Positions 40,756-49,292 of a stretch of DNA of 64,000 bases are shown here, piece by piece; positions within the stretch are counted from its first letter, which is position 1, and each line of letters opens with the position of its first letter. Source of the DNA: Candidatus Brocadiia bacterium (GTDB taxonomy: Bacteria; Planctomycetota; Brocadiia; CAIUPP01); NCBI GenBank assembly GCA_050015075.1, contig JBEKCB010000014.1, positions 39,242 to 103,241 on the forward strand. Direction: 5' to 3'. Under the pieces are notes generated by a model. That model ran no database searches. It was not told where the DNA came from and saw only the letters and a list, made by a program, of their open reading frames with translations. Position numbers and translations under genes: made by a program.

Positions 40756-42213
40756 ATGGGCCTTGAACGATTCTTCACCGCGAAGCTGACGCCGCTCGGC
40801 AAGATCAAGATCGGCGGCAAGGGCGAGGAAAAGGTCAGCGCCAAGGGCAAGACCTACCGGCAGCCGCTGAAGTACGACTACTTCGTCGTCACGACGATGC
40901 AGAAAGACGCGGCCGGCAATTTCAAGCCGGACGTGAAGCTGATGAAGGAACTGACCGAGGAGTACGGCGACGAGGACGGCAAGCTGCGGCAGATCCCGAT
41001 CCGGCTGCTCTCGAATGATCCGGAGGTCGTCATGCAGACGGCCTTCGTCGCGTACCAGGGCAAGGTCTGCATCGCGCGGAGCGATCGGCAGACGGTGACC
41101 TGGTTCAATGACCTGAAGACCGGCGCGCGCCTGGCCGAGCCGAAGGTCGAGCCGTGGGATGAGAAGCTGCGCGAGTTGAAGTCCCAGGAGGGCGGCGCAT
41201 TCTTCAAGGAGCACAGCGTCTTCAATTGCGTGATCTCGGCGCACGAGGCGAAATGGGGCGGCGTCTATGAGTTCCGCACGACGGGCGAGATCAGCGGGCA
41301 GCAGCTCTACAGCGGGATGCTGGAGACGCTGCGACTGACCTATGGCGTGCTGATCGGGATGCCGCTCTGGATGGTGGTCGAGCCGAAACAGGTGACGCCG
41401 CAGGGCCGCGCGACGACGGTCTACGCGGTGAAGCTCGAGCTGCGCGCGCCCTCGATGGAGGACATCGAACGGATGGCGCTGACGCGGATGCAGTACGCGC
41501 TGGCGCACAAGGACCAGATCCAGATCATCGAGACGAAGTACAAGGCGCTCATGGCGCCTCCAGGAACGGAATCGGCGAAGGACGCCGCCGATATCAATCT
41601 GGAATTCTCGCCGGAGACGGCGGACGCGAAGGTCGAGAAGCCGCCGGAAGGCGAGGACGAATTGCTGAAGCCGGCCGCTCCGCTGGCGCCGATGGATCGC
41701 CCTAAAGAGCGAGAAGCCGCCGGGGGAAGCTCCAAAGAAGGAGCGCGCACTACCCCGGCGGCCCCGGGAGACGATCTGCTCGAGGGCTCGAAGCCGCCGA
41801 AGGGCCCCAAACCGCCGCCGGCGATGATCGGAAAAGATCAGATCGAGGAACTCAAGGCGCTGGTCCCTCAGATCATGACAAAGGCCGACTGGCTGAAAGA
41901 GCTTGCGAAGCGCAAGGTCGAGCGCGTCAGTCAACTGACGGCCGCGGACGCGCTGACGATGATCCTCGACTATCGGAAGCAGCGCGACGAGAAGAACAGG
42001 CGCGGGCCGAAGGAAGAGAAGTTCAGCCGCGATGCCGCGATCGGCGCGGTCAAAGAGGCCCTGGCGGACGATACGATCAGCACCCTCCGATTTGCCCGGG
42101 CCTGCGCTTCGCTGGAGATCAAGTACGACGACAAGCACGCGGACGCCTGGCAGGAAGTTGGGGACGGCAAGTTGAAGGAACTCGTTCACGAGCTGCTGCT
42201 GGATCAGCGGTAG
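40756..42213 (+). CDS. Gp3-like protein (phiC31/phiBT1 recombination directionality factor family), probable annealing/recombination partner
   Basis: N-terminal GKIKIG.KG...K.YRQP.K.DYF.V and GGVYEFRTTG resemble the Gp3-like family; follows the exonuclease; long Pro/Lys-rich tail. Confidence 0.6.
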   Translation: MGLERFFTAKLTPLGKIKIGGKGEEKVSAKGKTYRQPLKYDYFVVTTMQKDAAGNFKPDVKLMKELTEEYGDEDGKLRQIPIRLLSNDPEVVMQTAFVAYQGKVCIARSDRQTVTWFNDLKTGARLAEPKVEPWDEKLRELKSQEGGAFFKEHSVFNCVISAHEAKWGGVYEFRTTGEISGQQLYSGMLETLRLTYGVLIGMPLWMVVEPKQVTPQGRATTVYAVKLELRAPSMEDIERMALTRMQYALAHKDQIQIIETKYKALMAPPGTESAKDAADINLEFSPETADAKVEKPPEGEDELLKPAAPLAPMDRPKEREAAGGSSKEGARTTPAAPGDDLLEGSKPPKGPKPPPAMIGKDQIEELKALVPQIMTKADWLKELAKRKVERVSQLTAADALTMILDYRKQRDEKNRRGPKEEKFSRDAAIGAVKEALADDTISTLRFARACASLEIKYDDKHADAWQEVGDGKLKELVHELLLDQR

Positions 42214-42241
42214 ACCATTTTCCTGACGTCACGAAAAAGGT
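42214..42241. promoter_or_regulatory. 28-bp imperfect palindrome (operator-like)
   Basis: ACCATTTTCCTGAC|GTCACGAAAAAGGT, 12 of 14 positions symmetric. Confidence 0.45.
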
Positions 42242-42258
42242 TCTTGGGAGGAAGGCGC

Positions 42259-42612
42259 ATGGTGGAAATCAAGCCGGATCTGGACATGTGGGCTTACGTC
42301 GAGATGTTCGGGCACATTTCTTTTGCGGGGCATGTGACATCAAAACCTGTCGGGTCGTTTGCTTTTCTCCAGGTGGACGTCGCGGATGGCAACGGCGGCC
42401 TGGCATTCACGCGATTCGTCGGGCCATCGGCGATCTACGCCATGACGCCGACCGACGAAAAGACCTGTCAGCGGATCATGGCGGATCGCTCCATGAATCC
42501 GCTGCCATACATCCCGGCGCTGCCGGCACCTCAGCGGGAAAATTTCGTCGGCCGGGCCGAGAGGGCGGATCGGAGCGACTTCGATCCAGAGGAAGTCGAA
42601 ACTGCGCCGTAA
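42259..42612 (+). CDS. Conserved hypothetical phage protein
   Basis: WAYVEMFGH..FAG.V motif; GGAGG RBS. Confidence 0.7.
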   Translation: MVEIKPDLDMWAYVEMFGHISFAGHVTSKPVGSFAFLQVDVADGNGGLAFTRFVGPSAIYAMTPTDEKTCQRIMADRSMNPLPYIPALPAPQRENFVGRAERADRSDFDPEEVETAP

Positions 42613-42693
42613 GCTGTTCCGCGCGGCATTGGACAGCGGGATTCCTCCCGCGTGCCGCTGCGGACGGTATAAGCGGCGAAAAAGGAGGGTGTC

Positions 42694-43113
42694 GTGCACT
42701 ATAGAAATGGGCGCGAAGTGAGAAACGGCGACACGGTTGTCAGTCTTGGCTATGACGGCGGGAAAATCGTGGCAGTCGGAATCCTTCACAACGCGACGAC
42801 TGGCAATGACTACTGCAATGGCAGCATCGCGCCGATCAGCACCGGCGTCGTGGTCGCGTGCATGTGCGATTGCCTGCACATGGACGATGTGGCCGAGATG
42901 CTGAAGGAAAAAGGTCTCGACAAGCGACCGAGCGGAAAAGAGAATTCGCGTGACGACAACCTACGACTTCGCGGACGAGCGTGCCGGTCTGGAATACCTC
43001 CACAATGTCCGGTCGCGCGGCTTGGCAATTCCCCTCGAGGAGCTTCTGCGGGCCGGGGCGTGGGAGTTCTCGTCGTCAAGCGACCAGGGCGACAAGGCGA
43101 CGACGCGGTATGA
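42694..43113 (+). CDS. Hypothetical phage protein (MHYRNGRE... type); C-terminal extension doubtful
   Basis: AGGAGG RBS with GTG start; Cys-rich core. Confidence 0.6.
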   Translation: MHYRNGREVRNGDTVVSLGYDGGKIVAVGILHNATTGNDYCNGSIAPISTGVVVACMCDCLHMDDVAEMLKEKGLDKRPSGKENSRDDNLRLRGRACRSGIPPQCPVARLGNSPRGASAGRGVGVLVVKRPGRQGDDAV

Positions 43114-43129
43114 GATCGTGAAGAAGTAA
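42950..43129 (+). CDS. 59-aa hypothetical protein, absent from the ORF track
   Basis: GTG..TAA, MTTTYDFADERAGLEYLHNVRSRG...; overlaps the tail of 42694-43113. Confidence 0.4.
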   Translation: MTTTYDFADERAGLEYLHNVRSRGLAIPLEELLRAGAWEFSSSSDQGDKATTRYEIVKK

Positions 43130-43175
43130 ACGCTCCGGCGCGTGCCGGACGGGTTTCTTTGGAAAGGAGGCGTGT

Positions 43176-43664
43176 ATGGCGAAGGCGAAGAAGCCGGCGA
43201 AGAAAGCGCCGGGCGGTCCGCCGAAGCTGGCGGCCGAGATCAAGGTGGAGGCCCGCGATTTCACGCATGCGGCCGCGAGCCTCGGATGCAAGTGCGCCCT
43301 GCTCAAGGGCTGCACGAAGGCAATCCTCAAGCGCATCGAGAAGGTGAAGGAGGTTCTCGATGCGAACATCGCCAAGGGCGGACTGGAGTCTCCGCGCGCC
43401 GGCATGCTGTTCGGGACCCTGGAGCAGTCGCGCCAGGAATCCCAGAAGGCGGAACTCGAGCGGATTGACACGGCGGTCAGCCTCGCTAACTTCGTGCTCG
43501 AGAGCGTCGGCGCGGCGGACCTGAAGGCGTTCCGCGCGGGCTGCCGCAAGGTCTCCGAGGGCGTTGTGAAGAAGGCGGATGGCCGCGAGCCGGCGAAGGC
43601 GGCTGAGCCGGATGGCAAGAGCCAGGCGGCCGGCGACAGCCAGAGAGCGCAGGCGGCAGGATAG
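43176..43664 (+). CDS. Basic hypothetical phage protein
   Basis: AAGGAGG RBS; Lys/Ala-rich N-terminus. Confidence 0.7.
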   Translation: MAKAKKPAKKAPGGPPKLAAEIKVEARDFTHAAASLGCKCALLKGCTKAILKRIEKVKEVLDANIAKGGLESPRAGMLFGTLEQSRQESQKAELERIDTAVSLANFVLESVGAADLKAFRAGCRKVSEGVVKKADGREPAKAAEPDGKSQAAGDSQRAQAAG

Positions 43665-44536
43665 TGAGCATGGGCCTGAAAGGATTCGACGGAGTGAATG
43701 AGGTCGGATGCTGCGCGCCGGGGACGGCCGCTCGGCCCCGTCAACAATGCGGCCACAAGACTAAGTGCTGCCGAATATCGGCAAGCGGCCTAAACGGTCG
43801 CCCTGAACCCGGCGAGGAAGCCCGCGTAGCCGGCAGTAGGGACCAGACGCAGGCGACGGCCCGGAGAGACGGGCTGGCTTGCCGGTTGAAAGCTGCTCCG
43901 AAGGAATTCCGGCTGGCCGGGCGTCGTGGCCAGCCACGCGCAAAAGGGCTGAAATCCCCTGGAGCGAAACCGGCTGGTGGAGGCAAGGCTTGCCCGACGA
44001 GCCTCAATCATCGGGACACGCGCGTAGACGCACCGGCTGAAGCACGACCGGACGGGAGTTCGATTCTCCCCAGGTCCACTCATCTTAGCATCCTGGCCTT
44101 TGACCTGGCCTCTGTCTGCGGATGGGCCTCTCTCAAGGAAGGCCGTCTCAGTTCGGGCGCCTGGGAGAATCCGGCGCGGTACGTGGACTCTCCCGGGCGC
44201 TTCTTTACCTGTTTCAGGACGTGGCTCGCGGACATGAAGCAGTGGCACGAACCGCAGCTCGTGGCCTACGAGTTCACCCCGCGCGGCGCGAGCACGAATG
44301 CGATGCTGATCCATTTCGGGCTTGTGACCAGGCTGGAGGAGTGGGCGTACCGAATGGAGGCGCGCACGGCGTTCATCTATCCGAGCCAACTGAAGAAGCT
44401 GGTGACCGGACGCGGCGACGCGGAGAAGGAAGAGGTGCGCGATGTCATGCGGAAGCGATGGAAGATTCCGAAGCTGACGAGCCTGGACGAGAGTGACGCG
44501 GTTGCGGTCTTGACCTGGGCGCTGAGGAAAGCATGA
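43664..44536 (+). CDS. RuvC-like Holliday junction resolvase with a 140-codon in-frame insertion containing the tmRNA
   Basis: ILAFDL (D), AYE (E), LKK.VTG.G.A.K, DESDA motifs from about 44090; GTG start overlaps the upstream TAG; no canonical start codon after the tmRNA. Confidence 0.75.
   Translation: MSMGLKGFDGVNEVGCCAPGTAARPRQQCGHKTKCCRISASGLNGRPEPGEEARVAGSRDQTQATARRDGLACRLKAAPKEFRLAGRRGQPRAKGLKSPGAKPAGGGKACPTSLNHRDTRVDAPAEARPDGSSILPRSTHLSILAFDLASVCGWASLKEGRLSSGAWENPARYVDSPGRFFTCFRTWLADMKQWHEPQLVAYEFTPRGASTNAMLIHFGLVTRLEEWAYRMEARTAFIYPSQLKKLVTGRGDAEKEEVRDVMRKRWKIPKLTSLDESDAVAVLTWALRKA
43672..44078 (+). ncRNA. ssrA: Prophage-encoded tmRNA, tag (A)AAEYRQAA
   Basis: 5' GGGCCTG..GGATTCGAC pairs with 3' CAGGTCC-A (G3:U); T arm GGGAG-TTCGATT-CTCCC; pseudoknot PK1 CGGGG/CCCCG plus GGCCGC/GCGGCC; resume context TAAGT-GCT at 43767; stop TAA 43791-43793; CCA not encoded. 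Confidence 0.93.
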
Positions 44537-45432
44537 ACTCGAACGGCCGAAGGCTGCCGTGCGCGTTTCCGTACATCGGCGGGAAGTGGAGGCTGGCGCC
44601 AAGGATCATCGCCCTGATGCCGCCGCATGAAGTCTACGTGGAAGTGTTCGGCGGGTCCGGCGCGGTGCTTTTCGCCAAGGAGCGCTCGAAGGTCGAGGTC
44701 CTCAACGACTGCGATGGCGAGATCGTGAACTTCTTCCGCGTCCTGCAGGATCCGGGCAAGACTGACCGGTTGATGCAGCGGCTCTTTGTGACGCCCTATT
44801 CCCGGAAGGTCTATGCGGAGATGTGCGAGCGGCCGCTGCCGAAGGACGATGTGCTGCGCGCCTGGGTGTTGTGGGCGCGTGCGCGGATGTGCTTTGGCGG
44901 ATACCGGCCGGCGGAGAACGGGTTTCGTTTCGCGGGCAACACGCGCGGTCGCTGGCGCCGATCGCTCGGCTCGCGGCACCAGGGCGGCGGCGATGCGGCG
45001 ACGCTCCACAACAAGATTGACGAGCTGGACCGGTTCACAGAACGCCTGCGCGGCGTCTACATCGAGGACAAGGATTTCCCCTACATCCTCGACTGGTGGG
45101 ATTCGCCCAGGACGGTCTTCTACCTCGATCCGCCGTACTTCGGGACCGAAGGGTACTACGACGGCGGGATGTTTCCGGAGTGGCGGCATTACGAACTGGC
45201 GGATCACCTGGCGCGCATCAAGGGCAAGGCCGTCGTCAGCTACTACCCGCACCCGAAGCTGGCGGAGCTGTACCCGGAAGACCGCTGGCATCGCGCGACC
45301 TTCCGCGTGCGGAAGAACCAGCAGAAGACGGTTCCCGGCACGGAGGCGAAGTACGAGACGGAGATGCTGCTGATGAACTACGAACCGACGGACGGGGCCC
45401 GGGCCCCGGTTGAGAAAGGCGCAGGCACATGA
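44533..45432 (+). CDS. DNA adenine methyltransferase (Dam/D12 class)
   Basis: YIGGK, YVEVFGGSGAV, LND, YLDPPY. Confidence 0.93.
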   Translation: MNSNGRRLPCAFPYIGGKWRLAPRIIALMPPHEVYVEVFGGSGAVLFAKERSKVEVLNDCDGEIVNFFRVLQDPGKTDRLMQRLFVTPYSRKVYAEMCERPLPKDDVLRAWVLWARARMCFGGYRPAENGFRFAGNTRGRWRRSLGSRHQGGGDAATLHNKIDELDRFTERLRGVYIEDKDFPYILDWWDSPRTVFYLDPPYFGTEGYYDGGMFPEWRHYELADHLARIKGKAVVSYYPHPKLAELYPEDRWHRATFRVRKNQQKTVPGTEAKYETEMLLMNYEPTDGARAPVEKGAGT

Positions 45433-46805
45433 AACGGATCGAAGTCGCAGACCTGTTTTGCGGGGCCGGCGGGATGAGCGGCGGCGTGATCGAGGCCTGC
45501 CGGCAGTTGGGCTTTCCGCTCGGGTTGCTGGCGATCAATCACTGGGCCGTAGCGATCAGCACGCACACGCTGAACCATCCGCTCGCGCGCCAGCTCTGCT
45601 GGCCCGTCGAGGCGGTCAGCCCCAAGCGCAGTATTCCCGGCGGCCGGCTCGACCTGCTCTGCGCCTCGCCGGAGTGCACGCATCACAGCATCGCGCGCGG
45701 CGGGATGCCCGTCAGCGACCAGCGGCGCGCGGGCGCGTGGGAAGTCTGCCGGTGGGCGACCGAGTTGCGGATTGACGACATCCTGGTGGAGAACGTGCGC
45801 GAGTTCGAGACCTGGGGCCCGGTCGGCGCGAACCGCCGGCCGATCGCCGCGCGCAAGGGCGAGACGTTCCGGGCATGGGTGAAGGCGCTGGAGTCGCTGA
45901 ACTACCGCGTGGAGTGGCGCGTGCTGAACTGCGCGGACTTCGGCGACCCGACGTCCCGGAAGCGGCTGTTCATCCGCGCCAGGCGCGGGAACGGGCACAT
46001 CGAGTGGCCGGCGGCGACGCACGGCGCGGGCCTGCAGCCGTGGCACACGGCGCGCGAGATCATTGACTGGACGATCAAGGGGCGCAGCATCTTCAACCGT
46101 GAGCGGCCGCTGAAGGCGCGGACCATCGAGCGGATCGCCGCAGGCCTGCGGAAGTTCGGCGGCGCGGCTGCCGAGCCGTTCCTGGTCATGCTGTACGGGA
46201 CGAACGAGACGCGAAGCGTGGATCGTCCTGCGCCGACGGTGACGGCGAACGGGCAGCACATCGGGCTTTGCGAGCCGTTCTTGATGAACATAACGCACGC
46301 GAACGATCATGCTTCGCGGACCCATTCCGTTGACGGCCCGCTTCCGACGGTTACCTGCGCGCATCGTGGCGAGTTCGGTCTGATCGAGCCGTTCCTCGTT
46401 CACGCTGATTACTCCGGTCCTGCGCCGTTCATCCTGCCGCACCTGGGATGGACGGGAAAGAACGTCGCGCAGAGCGTGGATAAACCGATGCCGACCGTGA
46501 TCGCTTCGCATGGGGTCGGGCATCTTGTTCAGCCGTTCCTGGTCAAGTACTTCGGGACCGGGAAGACCGCGCCGATCGGCGAGCCGCTGCACACCGTGAC
46601 GACGAAGGACCGCTTCGGGCTGGTCGAGCCGGTGTACCTGGACATCCTCTTCCGGATGCTCGAGCCGCATGAGCTGGCGGCGGCGATGGGATTCCCGAAG
46701 GATTACCAGTTCCTCGGGACGAAGAGCGACGTGGTGAAGCAGATCGGGAACGCGGTGCCGCATCACACGGCCGAGGCGCTGGCGGAAGCGGCGCTCGCGG
46801 CGTAG
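45429..46805 (+). CDS. DNA cytosine-5 methyltransferase
   Basis: DLFCGAGG, ASPEC, ENV, R.RLF, QIGNAV. Confidence 0.93.
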   Translation: MKRIEVADLFCGAGGMSGGVIEACRQLGFPLGLLAINHWAVAISTHTLNHPLARQLCWPVEAVSPKRSIPGGRLDLLCASPECTHHSIARGGMPVSDQRRAGAWEVCRWATELRIDDILVENVREFETWGPVGANRRPIAARKGETFRAWVKALESLNYRVEWRVLNCADFGDPTSRKRLFIRARRGNGHIEWPAATHGAGLQPWHTAREIIDWTIKGRSIFNRERPLKARTIERIAAGLRKFGGAAAEPFLVMLYGTNETRSVDRPAPTVTANGQHIGLCEPFLMNITHANDHASRTHSVDGPLPTVTCAHRGEFGLIEPFLVHADYSGPAPFILPHLGWTGKNVAQSVDKPMPTVIASHGVGHLVQPFLVKYFGTGKTAPIGEPLHTVTTKDRFGLVEPVYLDILFRMLEPHELAAAMGFPKDYQFLGTKSDVVKQIGNAVPHHTAEALAEAALAA

Positions 46806-46817
46806 GAGATTGGCGAA

Positions 46818-48545
46818 ATGCTGCACGTCGGAAAAACCGCTGACGGGCGCGCGTTCACGCTTCCCTTGGACATCGTTACGCAGACCGTGGCGATCCTCGC
46901 CCGCCGCGGCGCGGGGAAGTCGTACACGGCCTCGGTCGTGGCCGAGGAGCTGCTGGCCGCGAAGCAGCAGGTGGTCGTCCTTGACCCGACCGGCGGATGG
47001 TACGGACTGCGGTCCTCGGCGGATGGCGCGAGCGACGGATTCCCGGTGCTGGTGATCGGCGGAGATCATGGCGATATCCCGCTCGAGGAGGCGGCGGGCG
47101 AAATGCTCGCCGCGGCCATCGTGGAGAACCGCTTCTCGGCCGTGGTGGACGTATCGCTCTTCCGAAAGGGACAGATGCGCCGGTTCGTGACGCCGTTCCT
47201 GGAGTCGCTCTACCGCCTGAACCGCGAGCCGGTCCACCTGTTCATTGACGAGGCGGACGACGTTTGCCCGCAGCGGCCTTTCGGCGACGAGGCGCAGATG
47301 GTGGGCGCCGTGGAGGATGTCGTCAAGCGCGGGCGGAAGAAGGGCATCGGCTGCACGCTGATCACGCAGCGGCCGGCGGACCTGGCGAAGCAGGTACTCA
47401 CCCAGGTCGAGATGCTCGTGGCGATGCGGCTCTCGCACCCGCTCGACATGAAAGCGGTCATGGAGTGGATCAACGTCCACGCGGATCCCGACGAGGCGCA
47501 GGGGATGATGGAAAGCCTGCCCGGGCTGCCGACCGGCACGGCGTGGTTCTGGTCGCCGCTGATGGATCTGTTTTCGCGCGTCCAGGTGCGACAGCGCAAG
47601 ACGTTCGACAGCGGGGCGACGCCGAAGCCGGGGCAGGCGGTCCGCGAGCCGAAGCGGATCACGAAGGTTGATGTTGCAGCCTTGGGCGAGAAGATCAAGG
47701 GTATGGCGGAGAAGGCGAAGGCAAACGATCCGAACGTCCTGAAGCGGCGCGTTGCGGAACTGGAGAGGCAGCTCAAGACGCTGCCAGCAGCGGCGCCAGC
47801 GAAAGTCGAGCGGGTTGAAGTGCCGGTCTGGACGACGAAGGACCGTGCCATGCTACAGGATTGCAAGAACGCGATTCAAGAAGCGACGCCCCTGCTCATC
47901 GCGCTAGAACGCGCAATAACCCTCGCGGACTGCAAAGTGGCTATGCGCGGCGTTGCGATCTTTCCGCGTGCGAAATCGCACCCGCCGGCGGCGCCGCCTG
48001 CTGCCCGGGTCGCCGATCTCCGGCCATCCCGAACACCGGCGCAGCCTCATTTCAGCGGCCCCGCCGGCGACTGCGGCAAGCTCGGGCGCGCGCAGCGCAT
48101 GATCCTGAGCGTCCTCGCGCAGCACGGCGCGAAGCGGAAGGTCCAAGTGGCCGTCATGGCCGGCTATTCGGTCGGCGGCGGCGCATTCTGCAATGCCATC
48201 GGGTCGCTGGTCTCCGGCGGACTCGTCGTCCGCAACGGCGAGATGCTCGAAGCGACGGCCGAGGGCGTCGCGGCATTGGGATCCGCGCCGGCACCGCTTC
48301 CGACCGGACACGACCTGATCGCGTACTGGATGGCGCAGCTCGGGAAGGCGGAGCGGGAAGTGCTCCAGGTCCTCACCTGCCGCTATCCGCAGCAGCTTAC
48401 GAAGCAGGACATCGCCGAGGCGACGGAGTCGCACTACGCGCCGGACGGCGGCGCTTTCGGGAATGCGCTCGGCCGGCTTCGGACGCTGGAACTGATCGTC
48501 GGGCGCGGGATGATCTCGGCGAGTCCGCATTTGATGGAGGGATGA
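46818..48545 (+). CDS. HerA/DUF87-like P-loop ATPase with C-terminal winged-helix-like region
   Basis: ARRGAGKS, LDPTG, FIDEAD, RGRKKGIG..LITQRP. Confidence 0.85.
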   Translation: MLHVGKTADGRAFTLPLDIVTQTVAILARRGAGKSYTASVVAEELLAAKQQVVVLDPTGGWYGLRSSADGASDGFPVLVIGGDHGDIPLEEAAGEMLAAAIVENRFSAVVDVSLFRKGQMRRFVTPFLESLYRLNREPVHLFIDEADDVCPQRPFGDEAQMVGAVEDVVKRGRKKGIGCTLITQRPADLAKQVLTQVEMLVAMRLSHPLDMKAVMEWINVHADPDEAQGMMESLPGLPTGTAWFWSPLMDLFSRVQVRQRKTFDSGATPKPGQAVREPKRITKVDVAALGEKIKGMAEKAKANDPNVLKRRVAELERQLKTLPAAAPAKVERVEVPVWTTKDRAMLQDCKNAIQEATPLLIALERAITLADCKVAMRGVAIFPRAKSHPPAAPPAARVADLRPSRTPAQPHFSGPAGDCGKLGRAQRMILSVLAQHGAKRKVQVAVMAGYSVGGGAFCNAIGSLVSGGLVVRNGEMLEATAEGVAALGSAPAPLPTGHDLIAYWMAQLGKAEREVLQVLTCRYPQQLTKQDIAEATESHYAPDGGAFGNALGRLRTLELIVGRGMISASPHLMEG

Positions 48546-48546
48546 C

Positions 48547-48987
48547 ATGGACGCGATCACGTTGTGGCAGCCGTGGGCATCGCTGGTGATCATGCGCCTC
48601 AAGCCCATCGAGTCTCGCACACACGCCCGCTTTGCCAGCCTGAAAGGATGCCGGTTCGCAATCCATGCCGGAAAGCAGTTCGATTTCGACGCAGCGGAGA
48701 TGATTTGCGAGGTGACACATGGCAATCTTCCGGCCGCCCTCGGCGCGACCTTTGCCGATGGACTGCGGCGACTGCGGAGTGAGCTCGCTTGGCCGAAGAG
48801 CGTTGTCCTCGGGACGGCATTTTGCTTGAACCATCGGCCACTCGGCGCGGCGGATTCGGCTAAGGCGCTATGCGACTGTGTGAGGACGGCGCGCTGGGGC
48901 CTGATCCTTCGCGATGACATCGAGCGGTTCGATCCGCCGATCCCGTGTTCGGGGCATCAGGGAATTTGGGAATGGGAGAGGCCATGA
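48547..48987 (+). CDS. ASCH domain protein
   Basis: AITLWQPWASL...K.IESR, AIHAGK, PIPCSGHQGIW. Confidence 0.85.
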   Translation: MDAITLWQPWASLVIMRLKPIESRTHARFASLKGCRFAIHAGKQFDFDAAEMICEVTHGNLPAALGATFADGLRRLRSELAWPKSVVLGTAFCLNHRPLGAADSAKALCDCVRTARWGLILRDDIERFDPPIPCSGHQGIWEWERP

Positions 48988-49292
48988 CCGCGAAGCCGTG
49001 GCGGATGAAGCGTTTTTCCTCGCGCGAGATTCTCCAGGGGATCGAGTATGCCAAGTCCGGCGGTCAGGCCCTGCACGTCTGGAAGGGCTGCTGGCCGAAT
49101 CCGAAACCTCGCTGCTTCAAGGACGGCGAGCCGTGGGGACATCTGCTTGATCAGGATGCCGGCCGTTTGCTTCTCACGGCCCTTCATCTCGGCGTCAAGA
49201 TGGTCAAGATATCCAATCCCGGAAAGCAGACGCAGCACGTTGACCTCTGCGGCAGGCCGCTGGAACGGGCGATGAAGGAGTGCAAACCATGA
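48984..49292 (+). CDS. Hypothetical protein (DUF4031-like)
   Basis: GHL, QHVDL....ERA; ATGA coupling. Confidence 0.55.
   Translation: MTAKPWRMKRFSSREILQGIEYAKSGGQALHVWKGCWPNPKPRCFKDGEPWGHLLDQDAGRLLLTALHLGVKMVKISNPGKQTQHVDLCGRPLERAMKECKP

Noticed and set aside
44533-46805. Methyltransferase pair as a restriction-modification system
   Set aside because: No adjacent restriction endonuclease recognised; orphan methyltransferases are common in temperate phages.
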